Position numbers and translations under genes: made by a program. A stretch of DNA of 64,000 nt from assembly GCA_965285935.1 (NCBI GenBank), contig OZ260661.1:146134001-146198000 (forward strand), given 5' to 3'. Origin of the DNA: Ophelia neglecta (Eukaryota). This document shows, piece after piece, positions 1-17,100 of this stretch. Below the pieces are notes generated by a model, which ran no database searches, was not told the DNA's origin, and saw only the letters and a program-made list of their open reading frames with translations. Every line of letters starts with the position of its first letter. Position 1 is the first letter of the stretch.

Positions 1-82
1 CCTTCCCCATGACCCCTTCCCTGATAACTTATGATTTCCGCCCACATTCCTGTTAACATTCCATGATGAGCTTGCAACTCAC

Positions 83-4931
<4,849 letters not shown>

Positions 4932-4975
4932 CTTCCTAGCGGGAAAATACCGGAAGAGGAAATTTCTAGGTGTCA
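4932..4975 (-). promoter_or_regulatory. Probable 5'UTR/core promoter of the SRSF10-like gene with E2F-like (GCGGGAAA) and ETS-like (CCGGAAG) motifs
   Basis: Motifs at 4939-4956 in a locally CpG-rich region; palindromic E-box GTCACGTGAC at 4729-4738 in intron 1. Confidence 0.45.
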
Positions 4976-5741
4976 GGGAAATTTGAAACCAGTATCTTTC
5001 TTCCCTTTGATACTACTTTCTTAAATCATCATTCATTTCGAATAAACACGAAGTATTTGCTGTTGCATGTATTGTATGAATGCAGGGACGTAGCGATTAA
5101 TTGATTCTTTAAATTTACATCTTTCTTTATCTGTTTTAATGTTGCATTTTCATATCTAGTTGTGGTAATTCGAAAATAAATCTTATGGGATGGAGTAAAA
5201 AGTGATAGCTAGGCAGTTATTTAATAGGTTTATCAATTTTGTATCTCATTTATCAAAATTTATTAGAAAATTGACAGATTGCATTCTCCATTTTGTAAAT
5301 CTGATGCCTAAGGGTTTTTGGGAAAAACAGAAGAGACCACACTTAATTATTTAAAAAAAAGAAGAGAATTATCCGAATTAAAAAAAGTATGTCTATGGGT
5401 CCCGAGTTTGGGGGGGGGGGGGGGGGGGAGTGTATAGGGAACAACTTGAAGCGCAGACCAGAAAAGGTCTGCTGCCATGAGAAAAATTGGTCAAAAAGAC
5501 CCCTTGAAATTAAGAGTTTTCTAAAATAACCAAAGGGCTAAAATATCACTCCCAAAATATGAAACCTATAACATATAGATGCCATTTATAGTGTTAAGTC
5601 TATATAATAACTAGAATACACTTAAATCATTATTGTTGAAGTGGTTCTAAGCTAGACTTTTATACCTGAATACCCTACAATACAGTACATGGTAGGGATA
5701 TTTCACCTTGTGTGAAAAGGTAGGTCAAAGATCAAGATAGA

Positions 5742-6060
5742 TGTTGTTGTTTTGGGGTTTTACGTGGCTTTCAACACTTATATGGTCATATCGTCATGGT
5801 ACCTACTTGTGAAGTGGGCTCAATGGCTTCTTTAGAGTGCTACCTCGCTGGAGTACCTGCCCTAGACACCAGACAGGGAATCCCACTCAGTCACATTATG
5901 CTGACACAGAGTTGACCAGTGCTGATACTACCCCCGATATACCGGGTGTCTGGCAGGGGAGCTATCAGTACCTATTTTTACGTCTTGGGTTTGACATGAT
6001 CAGGATTTGAACCCTGAGCTACCACTTGCAAGGCGGACACTCTAACCACGCTTTGGGGGT
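5742..6060 (-). mobile_element. tRNA-derived SINE with 14-bp TSD
   Basis: Minus-strand head GTGGTTAGAGTG...GGTTCAAATCC (A/B-box-like), (AAC)n tail, TSD AAGATCAAGATAGA at 5728-5741 and 6061-6074; related copies at 39.2-39.8 kb. Confidence 0.85.
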
Positions 6061-6915
6061 AAGATCAAGATAGAGTTCATTTGAAAATACGGGGTGTAAA
6101 AGATCCCTATTTTGTATAATTGGGGATCTAAAAGGTCACGATCATGGGGGGAAAAGTGAGTCAAAACCGCCGCACAACCCATCCTAGTCCCAAAAAAAAT
6201 AAACTGAACATTGTTTTGAGTAATTTCCGTAGAAATTTTATTGACAAACTTTTTATAAGTGTACAGAAATCGTCAAAATATCATGGCATCACTTGGGGAT
6301 ACCAACCTACAGAAATATTTATAAATTAAATTTATCCTAAAAACGTTCAATTGCGCAAGCAGCTAAGTGTAGCCATTTTGGTTAATTTGATACATATAAA
6401 ATAGGTAGAAGAATATGCTACACAAAAATTACACAACTCTGAAAATATTGCTCCTAATATTATTTTTACTAAATAAATTTAGTACTTAAACTTTGTATTC
6501 ATTGATCTTATGGGATGTTCACACAGAAAATGTCCATTGAATTATCAATATGGAATGTTACTTGTTCCACCTCACAAAACCAACTCGCGGAATAAACTAC
6601 GAGTGAAAATGAACCAAGACGAACAACGTCAGTTTTAATTGCAGTATTAATAATATCATGGCGTTAGATTTAATTAATTTAATCAGATAAATAGCTTGTT
6701 AAAGGTTAATATTCTAAAGCAAATCGCCTATAAACTACAATACCAAACTGAATGTCCTACATACGGCCATATAATATACTTGAGTAGTATAAAAGAAACA
6801 AGTAGTATAGTTTACACAAGTAATAACCATCTAACATAGCTCGAAATAATAAATAGGTTATATATAGACATTTTGTTTTATATTTGATTATACACCCACC
6901 ACATATAAGAAATTT

Positions 6916-7011
6916 CAGTCCCAAGGAGGCTCCTAATCCTGTATTATCAGTCCCAAGGAGGCCCCTAATCCTGTATTACCAGTCCCCAGGAGGCCCCTAA
7001 TCCTGTATTAT
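6916..7011. repeat. About 32-bp tandem repeat, 3 copies, in the presumed LDB 3'UTR
   Basis: cagtcccaaggaggcccctaatcctgtattat repeated. Confidence 0.85.
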
Positions 7012-7859
7012 TACATTCTCATTGTGAAAGACTACACCAAACAACTCATTTGATAGCTGTTACCATAGAAACATTATTTCGCCAAGAATGTATTATTACA
7101 GAACCATCAGATCTGATAGTGTTGAACTACTCGTAGTACAGAACAGTCTGATTCAAAACAATTGCTCATACGACATCTTCGGACACCTTTAGTGTCTTGT
7201 GATGCCGCCTGTAATATAGTACAGTGTTGTACTACTTGGGTACAATTGCCTTCAGAGTAGTACGGTAGTGTACTACTCACATGTCACTCCCTCCTGATGA
7301 GACATACAATGGTCACACCTAACTGCCCTCCCACAAAACACTCACAGAACCATGGCAACCAACATGGCTGTTACCACGACGACTAAACATACAGTGACTG
7401 GTCCCCATGGAAACAAACAGTCAGAGATATTCATAAGTCAGAGAGAGAATTTAAACCAACCATCTGTCAAATGTCTTGACTGTGATACAAAATAAATACA
7501 TTTACATATACAGCTGAAGGTCAAGGTCAAGAACGTAGGTGCCAAGCAGACGGGGGCAGACAATGCCAAGGTGTTGCTATGACAACCAGCTCCCCTCAGT
7601 AAATGACAGTGGTTACCCAGGCAACCAACTTTAAAAGGTCTATAAATTTGAATTTGTCTGCTCATGCCAGATGGCAGTGTATTATTGTAGCTGCTGCCTC
7701 TAATGGACTCTATCAGAACTAAATGTACACCTATACCAGGTTAAGACGCCATTAATCACATGATAGTCCCCCCGTCTGCCTTTACCCACAGTCCTATAAA
7801 TACAAACCCCCTCCCCTCCTACAAGTCATGAGTCCCATGACCCCCAAGGCCAGCTGTTG

Positions 7860-8114
7860 CTAATCCGCAGACTTGTCGTCTGACGGTGTCATGGCCGACT
7901 GGGGCGTCTTTTTGTCCTGATTCCATGGACTGTGTAGAGACGGGCTGCCTTGGAACTGGCCGGCGTTGCTCTGACCTTGGCTGGTGTTCTGGCTATCCTC
8001 CTCCTCTGCTCCGTTAGGTTCAAACTGAGTGTTTTCTAGGCGTGCGATTAGACGTTCATCCTCATCGCCAAACTCCCCTCCCATCAACGTAGGTTCTCCA
8101 ACAACCATCACGTC
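7860..8114 (-). CDS. LDB2: LDB last coding exon, LIM-interaction domain
   Basis: DVMVVGEPTLMGGEFGDEDERLIARLENTQF..., TAG at 7862-7860. Confidence 0.95.
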   Translation of the reverse strand, partial: DVMVVGEPTLMGGEFGDEDERLIARLENTQFEPNGAEEEDSQNTSQGQSNAGQFQGSPSLHSPWNQDKKTPQSAMTPSDDKSAD

Positions 8115-11100
8115 CTGAGATGAAAATAAACAACTTACAATCAATGCAATCTCCTTTCTCATAAAGGTCGTGGGCTGGCAACAGGCAATAATCATATATA
8201 AAAAAATATAATGTTGGAACACGAGCTATATCAAGGAGAGGGTTTATTTTTAAACACTTATTGACATACAGACAGTTATTGTCATCAGGCCTGTAGCCAA
8301 CTTTTTGTTCGTAGGAGTCTGCTTTTTCAGTAATATCAGGGCCTGACATAAATGACTATCTTAATGCAATTAAAGGGAATGAGGGGCAAGTAAATGGGTA
8401 CAAAGGGCAAGTAAAAGGGAACATGGGCCTTATATTTCCCAGCCATTAACATTTGCAGTTTCCGAACTTAAATCATTTGCTGCCCTTTACTTTCGAGGTA
8501 TAGAGGTGCCTACAATTGGTCCATTCAGTGCCCTGATTTTCATGTGCCTTCATATTTCACTGTTTTCATCCCCCTCGGGAAATTGGTAAAATACTGTTTA
8601 TTCGAATCTAAATGACCTTCACATACAGGCACTGGCACTTGTATGTAGGACAATATGTTAGTAGTAGTATATGGCCAAGTGATCTGGGTTATAGTTTGTG
8701 TTTTAGACTATATTAGACTATAGAAGAGGGGATGGTACGTACCCCTGGCACTGGATTGAAGCCCTGCGGCCCGGGGGAGCGTTTCTGTTTGCTCCCAGGT
8801 GGCGTGGTGCTCGCATTCAGGTTGTTTCCGGAGGCGTTGGTGCTCGAAGAGGACTTCCTCTTTCTCCTTTTGTTGGGTTGCCTATTAGTTTCTGCGAGTA
8901 ACAACCAATACATGAAATAATGTCCATATTTCTAAATATTAAATACAATTACTTTTTACCAGTAAAATTATGTATTTCTTAATTTCCAATAAAGATCATA
9001 TTAGTATTTCACAGAAATTGTTAAAGTTGATAGAAATTATAATCTTATAAATAATTCAAATATATAAAGAATTTATTAAATATCAAAATAAACTATAATA
9101 GGATATATCATCTTAAAGTTAATTTGAGCTTATCCTTGGAAAGGAATTAAAAGTAAAAATATATGATAATGTGGTAACATAATGTAGTAACAGAACTTTC
9201 AAAATGATGGTTGTTAGTGCTTCAACCCAAACCAAACAGCTGACACAGGTTGACTACTGGTTTCACACAGCTACCATCATCATCAGATGTCAAAATCACT
9301 TTTATCATCGTCATCATCATCTGGACTGAACCAAACAACACAATATGTGTTCTGTATTAAATCATAAGCTGATCTACAATTTTCTGGATGCCCTCCCCAC
9401 CCCCTCCCTCCTCCTCTGCCCCATACCACCCCCTGCCCCTTCATGCCCTCCCCCCTCCCTCCTCCTCTGCCCCATAACCCCCCTGCCCCTTCATCCCCTC
9501 CCCCCTCCCTCCCTCCTCCTCTGCCCCATAACACCCCCATTGTTCTTTCACCTCCATCACCTCATCTTTTAATCAACAAAAGGTTAGTGGTGAAGTCAGT
9601 CTTTGTATCACCAGCCAACTGCTATGATGGCAACTCTGTGAAACTCATACTGTGAAGTCAAATATTTCATAGGGAATTTTTTCTGCTAATTTCACTATTT
9701 TTTGTTTAGCAAAATTTAAATTTAAGCAAGATATGAAACTGTATAAAGTTATATGCTCTCGAAATCACTTTTTTTTTTAATTTACGAAATTAAATTCCTG
9801 CGAAAATTTCTGACTATACAGAAAGTAACTAATAAACCAGACTCACTAAGTGTTACTAAGTATTACTAAGTGTTACTATGTGTTACTATGTGTTACTATG
9901 TGTTACTACGTGTGAGCCAACTGCACCAAATAATATTAAAGAAATCAAACTTGGTGGACACAGTACACAGAAACTAAAATAAACATGGCGACTATCGCCT
10001 AACAGAGCCATCTAGTGGCCAATGAGCCGTTAACGAGGTGTGAAACAGAAGGGTTAAAAGGTGCGAAAGGAAAGGAAGCGTAACCATGGTAACATGGCCA
10101 CAAAATGGCAGCGACTGGACAATGGGTTATCAGTAGTATATAAATTAAACTGTCTATTGCGTCAGTAAAGGACAAAATCGTAACTCCAATCCTATTATGT
10201 ACACAGTATTAAAGTCCCTATAAATAATTTGAATGTACAGGAGATTTTTAAAGTAGTCCGACTGTATTAAGTTAAGGTAGTCAATTGTTTTAAGATGGCT
10301 GCAGTCGACAATGGTTTTTCAGGGGCCAAAATTTAGAATAAGCATATTCCTATGGAACCTTTCCTAGTTAACAAGCATTAATAGAAGACAATAGGAGATA
10401 ATATTTAGATATTAATCATGCTTTACTGGGCGTGGTTAAATGGCGTCATGACCTATAAATGTGGTAATTTTCATCATTTTCCTTGAAAAAACTTTTTTTC
10501 TTCAAAGACATTGGGTTAGCGAAACTAGTTGCAATTTTTATACGGAGGAAGTTAACATAATCAATGTTAAAGGTAAAAAAGTTAGGAAGACTGTAAATAA
10601 ATGTAGAAAAGGACACAGCGAGGTAAGAAATGCGCATATCTGCCCACAAAGAGGCACCATTTGAGGATAATTATAATTATCTTAAAATTCCTAGCATTAT
10701 TTGGAGAAAAATAACTTGAAGAATCCTGTGTTTCTTGGGTTGAGTGATATGAAATTTAAGTAGGACTTTTTAACTAGTTTCACCAATAGATTGTTTTTGA
10801 AAAAAAGCAATAATGAAAAATGATGCAAAATTATGCCATTGTGAGGTCATGACCCCTTAATGGGTCAGTCCATGGGGTCGTGACCTCATTGACTGACCCC
10901 TTTAGTTTGCAGGATCTATGTCAAATCATTATTCCTAATAGTCTCTTGTTTTAATAATTAAGTCCCATAGGAATCTTAACCTTTCTTAATTATTGTCACT
11001 AAAACTCAAAACTGAAGGGCAGGCTACCTTAAGTTAAGGTAGTCAGACTGTTAAGTTAAGGTAACTGTTTTTTTTTTTTATAACTGATTGCCATTTAAAA

Positions 11101-14100
11101 CATATTAAAGAGGCGTTACTGCTAGACTGTAAGTAGTATATCTAATGTCATTATCCCATACCTTTTCTAGGTGTTACCTCTCAAACCTATAGTTGTCAGT
11201 AGTATGAAAACCCATCCCCCATAGTAGTATAAGTATGGTGGTTCTGTCCTACAGCAAGTCTGGTAAGGGAAAAACCAAATGGAAGCAAACTAAACAGTAT
11301 TAACTCTCTACCTCCCATGCCAAACTTCTCTGACAGACAGCATGGAAGCTAGGCACTGACTGGGGGCTCAGGGGTTAACTACTGGCAGGCCAGCATGTCG
11401 CAGGCGAGTGTGGTGTAGGTTTACAAGAGTCTGGGCAACCTAGCATGGGACTGGCTAGCAGGAGCCTGTGCAGGCCAGGGTGGCACAGGATAGTATTGCA
11501 CAGGCTAGCATGGCACAGGAAAGCATGGCACAGGCTAGCATGGCACAGACCAGCATGGCACAGGCTAGCATGGCACATGCTAGCATGGCACAGACCAGCA
11601 TGGCACAGGTCAGCATGGCACTGGTTAGAAGGAGCCTGCACATGCAGCTTGGCAGAGGCCAGCACGAGTCTGAGCAGGCTAGCATGGCACAGGCTAGCAT
11701 GGCACAGGCTAGCATGGCACAGGCTAGCATGGCACAGGCCAGCCTGGCACAGGCTAGTGTGGCACAGGCCAGCATGGCACAGGCTAGTGTGGCACAGGCC
11801 AGCCTAACACAGGCCAGCATGGCACAGGTTAGTGTGGCACAGGCCAGTATGGCACAGGCTAGTGTGGCACAGGCCAGCATGGCACAGGCTAGTGTGGCAC
11901 AGGCCAGTATGGCACAGGCTAGTGTGGCACAGGCCAGCCTAACACAGGCCAGCATGGCACAGGTTAGTGTGGCACAGGCCAGCATGGCACAGGCCCGCAC
12001 AAAATTGAGCAGGCTGCATGGCACAGGCTAGCATGGCATAGGCCAGCATGGCACAGGACCGCACAAGCCTGAGCAGGCTGCATAGCACAGGCTAGCATGG
12101 CACAGGCCAGCATGGCACAGACCAGTGTAGACTATGGCATGCCAGCAAGCCAATCACAACCTAGCTAGCTCTTCCCGAGGGGGTCCTCGGGGGTGTCACC
12201 TGAACCCAGCGTGTAGGAGAGAGTGGAGGGCATGGTGAAAGACGCAGGCTAGAGTGTGAGGCTGAGTGTAACAAGCCGGCAAGTGACTGCCTAGCGTGAG
12301 GGACATGTCCCCCAGCGGTTGGGGGGGGGGGAGCACTGATATTTACATAGGTAGGCATCTGCCCCCAGAAGGGTCGTTTTGGGGAAATTTTCCTTAATAA
12401 CTTCATAAATTGTCTGGTTATTTGATAATTGCCGAAAGTGCATTTTTTATGTAACAAATAAGATCTTTCTTCCATGTCTAGTGGCCCCTAGCGATAAAAG
12501 ATAAAAACTAGTGTCTAAAACAGCCTCTACCCCTGATATTATTGGCTATACTACTCAATATAGGAAAATATATGCGTTCAAAATTTACACTTATTAAGGG
12601 AGGTTTAGAGGTCTCCGGCAGCACTTACCCATTTAGATTTGGGTCAGTTCCCCCCCCCCCCCCCAATGTAGAAGGAACACATTAAGTTACTAGTGTGGGT
12701 CACAGGGGGGTTTCACTCCTGTAACCCTTCTGAGAGAAGACTTGAAGGGACCAGCAGTAAGTGGTGCTGGACATAGAACTTGCCAGATTGTATGGTGGTT
12801 GTATAATAATGTTAAAGAGGCTTCAGGTTCATGAGAATGGAGATGAGACCTGTGGAGGGGAGGGGATCATATTTCATCTGTCAAGAACTTAGTCCCTTGG
12901 GGAGGCATTTGTATTTCACACCTGATAACTTATCCTATGGGGAGGGCATTGTATTCCAAATAGTGAGAACTACTTCTTATGGGGCAGCGCTTTCGTCCGT
13001 TAATTAAAAGCTGCTATGTTTGGTGAGGGGATGTTATTTCTGCTGTTAAGACACAACTCCCTTTGAGGACAGGATTGTATTTTATCTGCTTAGATACTAC
13101 TCCCTTTAGGGATCATATTGTCTGTTGTCTGCAATGTGAACAGCGAGCTGGTAAAGTGCAGAAGCTATAGCAAACAAAGTGAGGGGCCAGGAGTGAGGCG
13201 AACTAAATGTGTAAACGGAATACGCAGAGCAAAGTCAAGCCACGTGACAGCGAGGCTTATCATAGAACAAGACAACATCAAGTGTACAACACAGGACCCT
13301 TCTCAAGGCTGAGCAGGGGTGTGAGTAGTATTCTCCCCACTACTCAGTAGGGGGAGCTGACCAACACGATCTACAGATAGCCAATCACATGGCACCATTT
13401 CTGGCATCAATCATAATTTGGCCAACCAAACGGCATTATTTCTGGCATAAATCACAGCTTGGCCAACACTAGCACAGTACTTCCGACATTAATTATATGC
13501 AATGCAGTTTGGCCAATCACAATATTCCCGAAATAATTTATTGCTAGCTCGGTTAATTTTGAGGCACTATTTCCAGCATGAAGTTAAACTACCGGTAACC
13601 TAGATTTTCGGGTAATGTTTTTTTCTTGTAGGATAATTCTAGGGCCTTATTTTTTGAATGATTAAATGTGACCAATCACATAGTACAGTTTATTTCTGTA
13701 CTTAAAGCTGGGGAATATATAAACACTGTGGTGCCTTAGAAATGAGTTTGAACAATCTGGTATAGGGTAACAATTTAGGGTCCAAGTACCATGGATTTAT
13801 GAATTAAAAACTGCAATATGGTCATTGTTTACATCAAGGTGTGGTTTTCACAAGGTGTAGACAATAAATGCTGGCTGGCAGCCATTCAGGACTGTCCCTG
13901 CTGCCTCAAACAGCAGATTAAATATAGATATCTTGTATTTAATTAAAGCCCAAACTATTCCTCCCTCATGGACATTTCTAGAACTTAAAGAGATTGTAGA
14001 TACTCGGCTCTCCATCTGAACTGGCAGTCGATTGGACTGGCCTCCAGATAGCTTGACCTTCATTCCAGGAGTGGCTAATGGCCTGTTCTCCACCTCAAAT

Positions 14101-17100
14101 GGAGGTCAAAACATATAACCTCCATCTGAACTGGAGGTCAAAGAGTTTGACCTTCTCCTGGACTGAAGGTCCCAGTCTAACTTGTAAGATTCTTCATAAC
14201 GTGGTTGCTAAGGTCTATCACTGCCTTCTATTACATGTGTTCATGATGTTTCCAGGACATTCAGGGAGGCTGCTTCATATCATGTGGTAGGAACAGCAGT
14301 TAAAATCACCTATTTTAACATCTATTACCATGGAAACCCAGTATGTGAGATAATGATACCATGGAAACCACAGCATTAACCCTGATTACGGATGTCACCC
14401 TGGAAACCAGCCAAGCGGCCCACCCACCCACCACTGGCAACCGCCACCGGCGAGACTAGTTCCTTCTTTGTCCCCCAGAGGGCCAGACTTGCATGCTGTC
14501 GAGCCAGAGATAAAACAGTAGGCGAATACGAACTTCGTCTCCGTCTGCCATCTGTGGCCATGTGACCATCTGAGATCATGTGATCATCTGTGTATTCCTC
14601 ATCATTGTGAGCAGACTCACCCGGCGGCGCCACCATACGCTGCCACTTCTGGAAGAGGGTGGTCTTCAGGCAGTCCCGGGGATTCAGACCGTATGCCTTG
14701 TGACGGGACATCAGCTCCTGCATCGGCTCCAGGATCACACACAACTGGAATAGTATACAGAGAACAAGAGTAGTATATAGAGGATCACACACAACTGGAC
14801 TAGTATACAGAGAACAAGAGTAGTATATAGAGGATCACACACAACTGGACTAGTATACAGAGAACAAGAGTAGTATATAGAGGATCACACACAACTGGAC
14901 TAGTATACAGGGAACAAGAGTAGTATATAGAGGATCACCCACAACTGGACTAGTATACAGGGAACAAGAGTAGTATATAGAGGATCACACACAACTGGAC
15001 TAGTATACAGGGAACAAGAGTAGTATATAGAGGATCACACACAACTGGACTAGTATACAGAGAACAATAGTAGTATATAGAGGATTATGCCCAACTGAAC
15101 TAATACACCGAAGAAAAAAATACCTTGTGAAAGCTAGGATGCTTCAATATCCAAACTTAATCCAAAAATTACCCTTCACATATTGAGTGTGTATAATGTT
15201 AAAAATACCCTGAGAAAGGAGAGTGTGTGATTGGCTAAGTCACAAACTTACCCTGAGAAAGGAGAGTGTGTGATTGGCTAAAACACAAACTTACCCTGAG
15301 AAAGTTGAGTGTGTAATTGGTTAAACCCTGGCGCGTAATGTTTTTGGAGAGCTGCTCCACCATCACTGGATCTTGCTGTAAAATAAAATAAGTCAGACTG
15401 GAAAACTCATTTAGAATTATTAGTGAATGGCTTAGAATATATCCTTGGTGGCCTCATCCATTATTTTCTGACTTTGGTTATGGCCATTAAATCATTTAAA
15501 TTTAGATGTGTATTAGTGGTAAGAAGTAAAAGGTGTGAGCAGTTTGAGTTTTACGTAGTATGAGGTGTGAGTATTACACACCTGAATGGCAATGATACTG
15601 CACGGTATGCATTCCTGGTGCTGCCTGGTTGCAAAGTGACACAAACTTAAGAGTCATGAGTGGTATTAAGAGTTAGTAGTGTACGGTGAGTAGTAGGTAC
15701 CTACACAGCAATGACACTGTAAAGTATGGGTTCCCAGTGCTACCTGGAGGTGAAGTGCCACAAATGCATCAGTCGTGAGTAGTATGAGATGTGAGTAGCA
15801 TCAGATGCGAGTAGTTTGAGGTGTGAGTAGTACATACATGTATGTTGATGACAGTGTGTGGTAGGAACTACTAGTGCTGCCTGGTGACAAAGTGTTTCAC
15901 ATGTATCAGTTCTGAGTAGTATGAAGTGTGTGCAGTATGCAGTGTGAGTAGTACATATCAGCCTGGTGTTGACCCTGTGCAGTGGGAATTCCCAATGCTG
16001 CCTGGTTGCGTAATGCAGGAACAAATCAATCATGAGTGGTATGAGAAGTATAAGATGTGAGTAGTATGAGGTGGGAGTAGTACATACCTGCATGACGATG
16101 ACATTTTGTGGAATGAGTACCCGGTTCTGCCTGGTGGCAAAGTGCCACAAACGTATCAGTCGTGAGTAGTACGAGATGTGAGTAGTATGAGATGTGACTA
16201 TTATGAAGTTTGAGTAATATGTACTTGCATGGCAATGACATTGCAAGGCATGATTTCCTGGTGCTGCCTGGTGGCCAGGTGCTGTGAACATATCATTCGA
16301 TAGTAGTATGAGATGTGAGTAGTATGAGATGTGAGTAGTATGAGATGTGAATAGTATGATATGTTAGTAGTATGAGATGTGAGCAGTATGAGATGTTAGT
16401 AGTATGATATGTGAGTAGAGATGTGAGTAGTATGAGATGTTAGTAGTATAAGATGTGAGCAGTATGCGATGTGGGTGGTAGGAGGTGCGAGTAATACAAA
16501 CCTGCATGGCGATGACACTGCGCGGTATGAGTTCCCGGTGCTGCCTGGTGGCAAAGTGCCACGAACGTATCCTCATCAAGTCATCAAAGGTGAACTCCAG
16601 GATCAAACGACCTTCTGTCACCACCTGACCAGGTCAAAAGTTCAAAGGTTATGAGGTCAATCATTTTTAAAAGGTCAGGTTTAATCCAATATTTTTAAAA
16701 ATTTTACAAAATATACATGTATGACTATGGTCATAACACACAGTCCAGATTTGGATACACACAGCACACTGCTATTTTCTGATTAACACAAATCTGTTAG
16801 ACAGCAGCAAATAAATATATAATAACCTTTGATATGAAATGTCAAGAAAACTGTTAAGATGATCTTCTCAAATTAATGCAAAATTGAAATGTTAAGACAT
16901 CTTCAATTGTTCACCTTCTATGCTGAGTAATGTTGCCATGGTTACATGGTAACCATACTAACATAACTATGTAAACATGGGTTACCATGGCGATAAACCT
17001 TGAATACCATAAGTTACTATGGTGATATATCTGGTGCTATGGTGATATATCTGGTTGGTACCATGGGTAACATGTCTTGGTTACCATGGGTTTCCATGGT

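Noticed and set aside
5985-6060. tRNA gene candidates (also 46455-46540 and 57840-57925)
   Set aside because: Only degenerate A/B boxes and no convincing cloverleaf; they are heads of repeated elements, two with clear TSDs.
11375-12031. AQASM / AWHRL / ACAML repeat ORFs on both strands
   Set aside because: 15-bp minisatellite within an LDB intron; no splice context or unique domain.
14731-15100. Regular arrays here and at 19750, 33868 and 45443 as possible CRISPR loci
   Set aside because: Head-to-tail units with no unique spacers, no cas genes, eukaryotic intronic context.
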